NCBI GenBank assembly: GCA_011364975.1 | Contig: RDOE01000084.1 | Coordinates: 1 to 14,449, forward strand | DNA length: 14,449 nucleotides | Source of the DNA: Promethearchaeota archaeon | Lineage (GTDB): Archaea; Asgardarchaeota; Lokiarchaeia; Sigyniarchaeales; SOKP01 | Direction: 5' to 3' | Part shown: positions 7,975-14,449 of the stretch, in pieces | Layout of the letters: every line of letters begins with the position of its first letter | How positions within the stretch are numbered: the first letter of the stretch is position 1 | Notes under the pieces: generated by a model | What the model was told of the DNA's origin: nothing | Databases searched by the model: none | Seen by the model: the letters and a program-made list of their open reading frames with translations, nothing else | Translations under genes and position numbers: made by a program

Positions 7975-9705
7975 TTATTTTAAAATTTTAACTTCTCTAT
8001 CTTCTAATTTATCTAAAGAACTTGGGACTCTTCTTAAATTATTTCGTTCTATATTTAAATATTGAAGAGAAGTAAGTGAATCTATAGAATCAGGAATAGA
8101 TGTAAGATTATTAGTTCGCAAAAATAAATATTTTAAAGATTTTAATTTTCCAATAGATTCAGGGATTTTTGTAAGGTTATTATTTCCTAGATATAAATAT
8201 TTTAGCTTATCTAATTTTCCAATTGAATCAGGTATTTCTGATAAGTTATTATAATACAGATATAATCGTTTTAATGATGATATTTCTCCGATGGAATTTG
8301 GCACTGTAGAAATTAAATTTTTTCCTAGATCTAAAGTTTCTAACGAAGGTAAATCTCCGAGTGACTCAGGGACAGTAACCAATCTATTAAAGCTTACCAT
8401 TAAATTTTTCAATTGGGGCAGATTTCCTATCGATTCTGGGAGTGTTTTTATCTTATTTGTAGATATATCTAATTCTCGTAGGTTTTTAAGCATCCCAATC
8501 GAATCAGGAAGATACTTTAATTGATTTTTACTTAAATCTAAAATTTCTAGTGCCACAAGATTTCCGATTGATTCAGGTAACCTTGTTAATTGATTATCAT
8601 ACAAATCCAATTCTTTAAGTTTCTGGAGGTCTCCAATAGGGATAGGTAATTCTATTATTTCATTTCTGTCAATTTTCAATACTTCCAGACATTGAAGGTT
8701 TCCAATTGAATTGGGTAAAGTTCTGAGATTATTTCGATCCAATCTGAGGATTTTCAATGCAGATAAATCTTTAATCTCAGGCAATGATTTGAGTTCATTA
8801 CTCGAGATTTCTAATCTTAGTAATGAATTTAAGTGAGTTAATTCTTCTGGAAGCTCAGTAAGATAATTTGAACTTACACTTAAATTTTCTAATGATTTTA
8901 ACAAACCAATAGTAGAAGGTAAATAAGGTAATTTATTTGAAGTTAATCCTAAATATCTTAGATTCTCTAATTTTCCAATTGAATCTGGGATGTAGGTTAA
9001 ATTATTATTTTTCAAAAATAAAGAACTTAATGAGGTTAAGCTACCTATAGAATCTGGTAATTTAGTTAAATGGTTATTCCTCAAATTGAATCGTTTTAAA
9101 CTTTTTATGTGACCAATAGATTCTGGAAGTGAAGTTAAATTATTATTCGCAAGATAAAGTAATTCTAATTTAGTCAAATTTCCTATTGAATCAGGTATCT
9201 CGTCTAATAAGTTATTACTTAAATCTAGAGTTATAAGATTAAGTAATGAACCTAATGAATTTGGAATCTTGTTCAAAAGATTTTCACTTAAGTCTAAAAA
9301 CGTAAGAGTAGATAATGATTTGATTGTTTCGGGAATTATCGTTAATTTATTTGACTCTAAATATAACTCTTTCAATGATGTAAGGGAATAAATGGCTTTA
9401 GGTAACCTAGTTATTTTATTTTCACTTATATCTAACTTTTTAAGATGAGGAATAAAACATAATTCTTCTGGAAGTACTTTTAGCTTATTACCTCTTAAAA
9501 TTAGATTTTCTAATTTTGTTAATGTATTAATTTTTTCTGGAATAATCGTTAATTTACATGAAAAGAGACCTAAACCATTAATATGATCCTCTTCAGCAGT
9601 ATAACCAAAAGTATAACTTTGTAATTCATCTACCTTAGGTATTGCGGTTCCAATTAATTTCTCAAGATAATTAAGAAATTTATGCTCCTCTTCTAAAATG
9701 GACAT
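7975..9705 (-). CDS. Cytoplasmic leucine-rich repeat protein, 576 aa (51-aa N-cap, 22 LRRs, 20-aa C-cap)
   Basis: Repeats of LxxLPxSIGxLxxLxxLxLxxNx counted by hand: 21 of 23 aa and one of 22 aa. No signal peptide, TM segment or other domain visible. Confidence 0.95.
   Translation of the reverse strand: MSILEEEHKFLNYLEKLIGTAIPKVDELQSYTFGYTAEEDHINGLGLFSCKLTIIPEKINTLTKLENLILRGNKLKVLPEELCFIPHLKKLDISENKITRLPKAIYSLTSLKELYLESNKLTIIPETIKSLSTLTFLDLSENLLNKIPNSLGSLLNLITLDLSNNLLDEIPDSIGNLTKLELLYLANNNLTSLPESIGHIKSLKRFNLRNNHLTKLPDSIGSLTSLSSLFLKNNNLTYIPDSIGKLENLRYLGLTSNKLPYLPSTIGLLKSLENLSVSSNYLTELPEELTHLNSLLRLEISSNELKSLPEIKDLSALKILRLDRNNLRTLPNSIGNLQCLEVLKIDRNEIIELPIPIGDLQKLKELDLYDNQLTRLPESIGNLVALEILDLSKNQLKYLPDSIGMLKNLRELDISTNKIKTLPESIGNLPQLKNLMVSFNRLVTVPESLGDLPSLETLDLGKNLISTVPNSIGEISSLKRLYLYYNNLSEIPDSIGKLDKLKYLYLGNNNLTKIPESIGKLKSLKYLFLRTNNLTSIPDSIDSLTSLQYLNIERNNLRRVPSSLDKLEDREVKILK
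8038..9552 (-). repeat. Degenerate 69-bp coding tandem repeat array (22 LRR units)
   Basis: Residues 52-556 of the LRR protein. DNA motifs such as ttttccaattgaatc recur in phase with the 69-nt period. Confidence 0.9.
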
Positions 9706-9739
9706 TTATGTACCGACAAATTAATAAGGGTTAATCAAA

Positions 9740-9747
9740 TTATAAAA
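9740..9747 (-). promoter_or_regulatory. Putative TATA box (TTTTATAA) with purine-rich BRE-like sequence for the LRR gene
   Basis: Minus strand reads AAAGAAGAATTTTTATAA about 35 nt upstream of ATG 9705. Confidence 0.45.
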
Positions 9748-9823
9748 ATTCTTCTTTATATGTTTAACACTTTTAATAACTTTCTGAAAATGAATAAGGA
9801 GAGACAAAGAACTAAAAATTTAT

Positions 9824-9831
9824 AAAAAAAA
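9824..9831 (-). terminator. Oligo-T (T8) terminator after the alcohol dehydrogenase
   Basis: A8 run on the plus strand, 5 nt past the stop codon at 9837. Confidence 0.55.
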
Positions 9832-9836
9832 GAGGT

Positions 9837-11033
9837 TTAAAAATCAACATCCTTTCCATCAAAAGCATATTGATATAATTTCTTGAATTGTTCTCCATTT
9901 GTAGGTCTTGGAGTTAAAACAGAACTTGCATCTTGGTAACAAAGATTTACAAGCATTTCTAAATTTTTCTCAAAATCTTCGTGGGATACACCAGTTTCTC
10001 TTAAACTTAAGGGAAAGTTAACTTTTTTGGCAAGGTCTTCAATTTTTTCTATTACTATTTTTGCTGCTTTTTCGTCATTTTCTTTCCAACCTGCCCAACC
10101 TAGTTGTTTTGCAAGTTTAGCATAGATCTTTATAGCATCATCGGTTTCTGTGTCATTCAAGATAAATTGAGTAACATATTTTAAGACGATTCCTACACTT
10201 CTACCATGGGGTACATGAAACATAGACCCCCACGAATGACCAAGAGTATGACCTATATGGACTTGACCATTACCAAAAGAGAGCCCTGCTATAGTTGCAG
10301 CTTGATGTAAGTAGTCGCGAGCTTCTGTATTTTTCCCATCTTTATAAGCAATTGGTAAATATTTGAAGATCAATTCAATGGCTTTCAAAGCTAAAGCATT
10401 GCTAAATTCATTTCTCCATAAAGTCCCTAACCCTTCTACAGCATGAGCTAACGCATCGAAAGCTGTATCCACTGTTAATTGTGGAGGCATCCCTATTGGG
10501 AAAATTGGGTCTACTATTGCATAAGTTGGAATAAGTCCTCTGTGTAAATAAAAATATTTTTTCCAAATATTTTCTTCAAAACGAGATATTACTGTAACGA
10601 ATGTTGTTTCTGCACCAGTGCCAGATGTTGTAGGAATTGCAACTAATTTCGCTTTTTTACCCATATCGTACAAATCATTTCGAAACGCATGAATATCATC
10701 AATATTAAAATCTGGAAATTCATAAAGAACCCATACAGTTTTAGCGGTATCCATAACTGAACCACCCCCCAATGCTATAATAATGTCGGGAGCATATTCT
10801 TTACATATATCTGTTGCTTCGAAAACACCCGTATCGCGTGGATCTGGTAGTACATCATTAAAAACCTTATAAGCTTTACCTATTTTATCAAGTTTATCAG
10901 TTAATATTTTTAAATACCCTAAATCTTCTAATACTTTATCTGTAATGATAAAACATTTTTGTCCTGTAATATTTTCTATAAAATCAAGAGAATCTGGTCC
11001 ATATACTATATTTGGCGAGAAAAAAAACCACAT
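9837..11033 (-). CDS. Iron-containing (group III) alcohol dehydrogenase, 398 aa
   Basis: GGGSVMD, IPTTSGTGAE and metal ligands in DALAHAVE, GHTLGH and VPHG. AGGTGA SD at 11043-11048. Asp in ITDK suggests NAD(H) preference (inference). Confidence 0.93.
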   Translation of the reverse strand: MWFFFSPNIVYGPDSLDFIENITGQKCFIITDKVLEDLGYLKILTDKLDKIGKAYKVFNDVLPDPRDTGVFEATDICKEYAPDIIIALGGGSVMDTAKTVWVLYEFPDFNIDDIHAFRNDLYDMGKKAKLVAIPTTSGTGAETTFVTVISRFEENIWKKYFYLHRGLIPTYAIVDPIFPIGMPPQLTVDTAFDALAHAVEGLGTLWRNEFSNALALKAIELIFKYLPIAYKDGKNTEARDYLHQAATIAGLSFGNGQVHIGHTLGHSWGSMFHVPHGRSVGIVLKYVTQFILNDTETDDAIKIYAKLAKQLGWAGWKENDEKAAKIVIEKIEDLAKKVNFPLSLRETGVSHEDFEKNLEMLVNLCYQDASSVLTPRPTNGEQFKKLYQYAFDGKDVDF

Positions 11034-11209
11034 TGCTAAATTTCACCTTTAAAATTATACAATTTTTGAATTAATTTTTCTAAGGTAGATAAAGTAATAA
11101 TACTTATATTTTTTTGATATTAAATAAATTATTAACTATAATCACATTATTTCTGTCAATTAAGATAATTAGGAAAAAATTATTTTATGAGTTATATTGG
11201 TGGATATTC

Positions 11210-11635
11210 ATGGAGCAAGTAGAACAAGACAATTTATTTATTACGTTTAAGGGAGTGATCGAAAGCATTATAATGGATAAACGCAAGAATCCAAAAAATA
11301 TAGAATTAATTAACAATTTTAAGGTCAAATTAAATATAGGCCTTCAAATAACAAACGATTTTTATTTATGGGTTAATGTAATAGCAGATAATGGCGTTTA
11401 TACCATTAATAGAGCAAGATCGGATGATTTTGATTTAGAAATCATGGCATCTCCAGAAGATTTACTTTATTTTTCAAATGGAGAATATTCTATACTACAT
11501 ATGATACTTAAAAAGAATAAATTCGGTTATAAAAAGTTACGATTCAATAAAAGCAGTGAGGGAAAAAGAAATCTTGGAATATTATTGAAATTACCAAAAA
11601 TTCTTGTATTGGATAAGTTAAAAACTCCTAGATAA
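11210..11635 (+). CDS. SCP2 (sterol carrier protein 2)-like lipid-binding domain protein, about 141 aa
   Basis: ATG 11210 has a GGTGGA SD at 11199-11204, so the ORF-track start at 11114 is unlikely. DFDLEIMASPEDLLYFSNGEYSILHMIL..KLRF..NLGILLKL resembles the SCP2 C-terminal pattern. The fold call is by eye. Confidence 0.65.
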   Translation: MEQVEQDNLFITFKGVIESIIMDKRKNPKNIELINNFKVKLNIGLQITNDFYLWVNVIADNGVYTINRARSDDFDLEIMASPEDLLYFSNGEYSILHMILKKNKFGYKKLRFNKSSEGKRNLGILLKLPKILVLDKLKTPR

Positions 11636-11644
11636 GATTTTCAA

Positions 11645-11654
11645 TTTTTTTTTT
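11645..11654 (+). terminator. Oligo-T (T10) terminator after the SCP2-like gene
   Basis: T10 run 9 nt after stop 11635, in the convergent intergenic gap. Confidence 0.6.
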
Positions 11655-11684
11655 ATTCATATAAAAACTTTTTAAAATCTCAAA

Positions 11685-12314
11685 TTAAAATCTTGAATAA
11701 ATCCTCTTATTTTCATAATAAAAAAAAGATTTAGATTCATCAAATTTCTCTGAACTAATATCATAATGATATAAAGTTGATTCAATCATCTGATTCTCTC
11801 TTTCCATTACCAATGTTATGAAAGAGGGAATCCCACTTGCAACAAAAGACCACGCTCCTGTTACACTTCCAGGGTTAAGTAAAAGAATTCCCGTATTTGT
11901 GAGAAAAATTTCTTCTTTATGTGTATGACCAGAGATAAGAATATTGAATTCTCTTTCTATAGCTATTTGCTCTAATTGAGAATGATCTCCTCTTGGAGAA
12001 ATTTGATGACCATGAGTAAGACCAAGTGTTAATGAAATATCATTATTAAAGGGATATTTTAATTTTTGGTAGATTGGAGAATCTTTATTACCCTCATAAT
12101 AATCCATATTACCTATAACGGTAAAAACATCATTCTTAGTTCTAAGGTTGAGAAATTGAAGGAAATCTGGCGCTTTTACTAAATCCCCTGTAAAAAAAGT
12201 ATATTCAAATAATTCTTTTGAACTTAATTGAGTTATTTTTTCAATTATATGAGGTGATACTTGCCTAGCTCTTCTGGGAATATGAGCATCCCCGATTAAT
12301 AAAAAATGAGACAT
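11685..12314 (-). CDS. Vps29/YfcE/MJ0936-family calcineurin-like metallophosphoesterase, 209 aa
   Basis: GDAHIPRR, TGD, GNMD, HGHQISPRGD, ILISGHTHK, NPGSVTGA and IPSF, colinear with eukaryotic VPS29. Confidence 0.9.
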   Translation of the reverse strand: MSHFLLIGDAHIPRRARQVSPHIIEKITQLSSKELFEYTFFTGDLVKAPDFLQFLNLRTKNDVFTVIGNMDYYEGNKDSPIYQKLKYPFNNDISLTLGLTHGHQISPRGDHSQLEQIAIEREFNILISGHTHKEEIFLTNTGILLLNPGSVTGAWSFVASGIPSFITLVMERENQMIESTLYHYDISSEKFDESKSFFYYENKRIYSRF

Positions 12315-12400
12315 AATGATTGATTATTTCTTTATATCGTCTACATTTTAGATTTACTTCTAATTATAACTACTTTAATCTTCGAGATATTAATTTTAGC

Positions 12401-13519
12401 TTAAATTTTCGATTTGTTAGCTACTTTATCTTTTTTATCCTCTTTCTTCACAAATTCAAATAACTTTTTTGCTTCTTGATTTTTTTCAAAATGCTCTCTA
12501 ATCGGTTTAAGAAATTGATTTAGATATTTAATCACAGCTGGCTTCAAATCTGGAGGATTCAATTTTCCATTTTTGTAATCTTCTTCCAATTCAGTAAAAC
12601 TATTATATTCTATGTTACCGCCATATTTATCTGGACGTTCCACTTTAAACACATCAGATAGTTCAAAGATGATGCTTTTCACATAATCTAATACAGGATT
12701 TTCAATTATTTCTTCTGGGGGGCAATATGCTTTATTTATTTTTCTTTTTATATCCTCTGCAGAATCTAACATAAATATCGCAGAATCAGGATCAGATTTT
12801 GACATTTTAAGTTTTATGGCTCTATCTACTCCAGTTAATTCGGTATCAGGAGGTTTTCCCAAACCCATTAGCATATGATGGCTAAGAGAGATGGGTTTTG
12901 GTTTATTTAACTTGCTTGCGACCTCTCTTGCTAACATATTAACTTTACGCTGGTCTAATCCTAATTGACAGATGTCAGCGGGAAGATAAAAAATATCCGC
13001 AGCTTGCATCAATGGATATAATATTTGAGATGCAGTTAACGCATCCGTATCTTCTCTTCCCATTATTTGAGTACATCTTATTACTCGATTTAAAGAGCTA
13101 TTAATAGCGATATTTAGTACCAATTCCCAATATTTTGGGTCCTTAACTAAATCTGAAGCGTAAATAAACTCTACTTTGTCTAATTCCATACCACAAACTT
13201 TCCAAACCTCAATAAAAAAATTACCTACCTTTTTGATAACATCTAGGTTCCCTTTAAACTTATGATTTGCTGCAGCATGCCAATCTGCTACTAAAAATTT
13301 AAAAATTATTCCGGCTTTTGTTATTTTATTTACATTAATAGCTCTTAATAATCCTTGAGCAATATGGATGTTACCAGAAGGTTCAAATCCATCATAAGCA
13401 TAAATTGGTTGGTTATGTTCTGTTTTCCATTTAATTAATTCTCTTAATTCTACTTCATCGATGATTTCTTCGCCAACTTCTTTGAGTAATGCAATTTTTT
13501 CCTCTAAGGATAAGCTCAA
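12401..13519 (-). CDS. tyrS: Tyrosine--tRNA ligase, archaeal/eukaryotic type, 372 aa, TTG start
   Basis: YDGFEPSG, HIAQ (HIGH equivalent), ADWHA, YPLMQAADI, GLDQRKVNMLARE, KMSKS and KAYCP. GAGGT SD at 13526-13530 supports TTG 13519. Confidence 0.96.
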   Translation of the reverse strand: MSLSLEEKIALLKEVGEEIIDEVELRELIKWKTEHNQPIYAYDGFEPSGNIHIAQGLLRAINVNKITKAGIIFKFLVADWHAAANHKFKGNLDVIKKVGNFFIEVWKVCGMELDKVEFIYASDLVKDPKYWELVLNIAINSSLNRVIRCTQIMGREDTDALTASQILYPLMQAADIFYLPADICQLGLDQRKVNMLAREVASKLNKPKPISLSHHMLMGLGKPPDTELTGVDRAIKLKMSKSDPDSAIFMLDSAEDIKRKINKAYCPPEEIIENPVLDYVKSIIFELSDVFKVERPDKYGGNIEYNSFTELEEDYKNGKLNPPDLKPAVIKYLNQFLKPIREHFEKNQEAKKLFEFVKKEDKKDKVANKSKI

Positions 13520-13669
13520 TTTCTAACCTCGTCAATCTTATAGATGATTTAAATTTTCGATCTTGATTTATTCTTTATGGATCAAATCAACTAATTTTTA
13601 ATGAAATATCTATTACATCAGAAATTTTAATGATTTATAGAAGCCAATATAATGGAGATAAAGCTGGAT

Positions 13670-13677
13670 AAAAAAAA
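13670..13677 (-). terminator. Oligo-T (T8) terminator after the membrane protein gene
   Basis: Minus strand TTTCTTTTTTTT about 42 nt after the stop at 13720. Confidence 0.45.
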
Positions 13678-13719
13678 GAAAGGATTAAAAATTTATAAGG
13701 AATTTTCTTTTTGTTTAAT

Positions 13720-14449
13720 TTAATCTTCAATGTTAAATAGCTTTAAAACTCGATTTGGGAGTAAAAATCCTAAATACATCAGTATGGAACTCATTAAAAC
13801 AATAACCCGTGTAATTACTAATGAAAGAATATCATATACAAAGTAAGGTAAAGACCCCCCAATTAAGAACATAATAAAACCTAATAATATGATTTTTCCT
13901 TTCAGTTTAATTTTTGGAATTTCGGATTTCATAGATATAAATGAAAAAACAAATCCAGTTATTAATAATAAAATCATAATCACGACATAAAAAATTGCTA
14001 TAAATGTGCTTTCCATGGAATTAAAAGGATCAACGAATGTTCCGATTAATGATAAATCAATTGAAGCGAATATGTAAAAGGTTATTTCAAAGAAAATTGA
14101 AATTATAAGGAATGTTATTAAAATTTCTTTCCTTTTTTTTAAATTTAACAATCTAGTTATTGCTATTAGCCAAGACATTACTGCTACAGGAAGATAAGAC
14201 GTAAAAATGATAAAAATTATGATAACCGAATTTAGATAAAATTGATCGCTCATTATTCCATTTGTGATAAATATTATCAGAAAACCTAAAGCTTCTGGAA
14301 ACCATGGAGAAGCCATGCCAATTAATGCTAACCCTATAAACAGGAATTCTGACTTTGCTAAGCTGAAATATCTAGAAATGAAGATTCCACTCAATACTAA
14401 AGTTATTGTTATATAAATTAAGCTTAAGGATCCTTGAACTATTTGTAAA
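13720..14449 (-). CDS. Polytopic (~7 TM) membrane protein of unknown function, 5'-truncated by the window edge
   Basis: The frame stays open upstream of TTG 14394 to the window end (LQIVQGSLSLIYITITLVL). About seven hydrophobic segments, basic loops KKRK and KIKLKGK, an SPW motif and a C-terminal YLGFLLP. Confidence 0.8.
   Translation of the reverse strand, partial: LQIVQGSLSLIYITITLVLSGIFISRYFSLAKSEFLFIGLALIGMASPWFPEALGFLIIFITNGIMSDQFYLNSVIIIFIIFTSYLPVAVMSWLIAITRLLNLKKRKEILITFLIISIFFEITFYIFASIDLSLIGTFVDPFNSMESTFIAIFYVVIMILLLITGFVFSFISMKSEIPKIKLKGKIILLGFIMFLIGGSLPYFVYDILSLVITRVIVLMSSILMYLGFLLPNRVLKLFNIED

Noticed and set aside
8291-8524. 77-aa plus-strand ORF
   Set aside because: Antisense shadow of the LRR gene.
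8038-9552. Periodic DNA repeats as a CRISPR array or diversity-generating retroelement target
   Set aside because: The repeats are degenerate, in-frame 69-nt LRR units; no identical repeats with spacers, cas genes or reverse transcriptase.
11114-11209. 32-codon hydrophobic N-terminal extension of the SCP2-like ORF
   Set aside because: TTG start without an SD in AT-rich promoter DNA; ATG 11210 has a good SD.
14392-14394. TTG start assigned to the membrane protein
   Set aside because: The frame is open to the window edge and the TTG lies within the first hydrophobic helix.

Overview
AT-rich (roughly 30% GC by eye), gene-dense archaeal window with 11 supported CDS. It is most consistent with Asgard archaea (Lokiarchaeia-like); this is inferred from the archaeal/eukaryotic-type TyrRS, tungsten AOR, GGTGA/GAGG ribosome-binding sites, TATA-like promoters, oligo-T terminators, a capped 23-aa LRR protein and a stand-alone 7TM protein. 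The left half holds a histidine-utilisation cluster: hutU-hutH-hutI on the minus strand, tail-to-tail with a transferase-only glutamate formiminotransferase on the plus strand. The middle holds an aldehyde:ferredoxin oxidoreductase, a 22-repeat cytoplasmic LRR protein, an iron-containing alcohol dehydrogenase and a divergent SCP2-like lipid-binding protein. The right end holds a Vps29-like metallophosphoesterase, a HIAQ-type TyrRS and a 5'-truncated ~7TM protein. I see no RNA genes, mobile elements or CRISPR arrays. The best leads are the Vps29 homologue with enzyme-type metal ligands but altered retromer-interface residues, the formiminotransferase with changed conserved motifs, the plant/protist-type TyrRS, and a possible SCP2-ADH-AOR module for hydrophobic alcohols. 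No single new system can be proven from sequence alone. Comparisons to reference proteins are from memory, not from searches.
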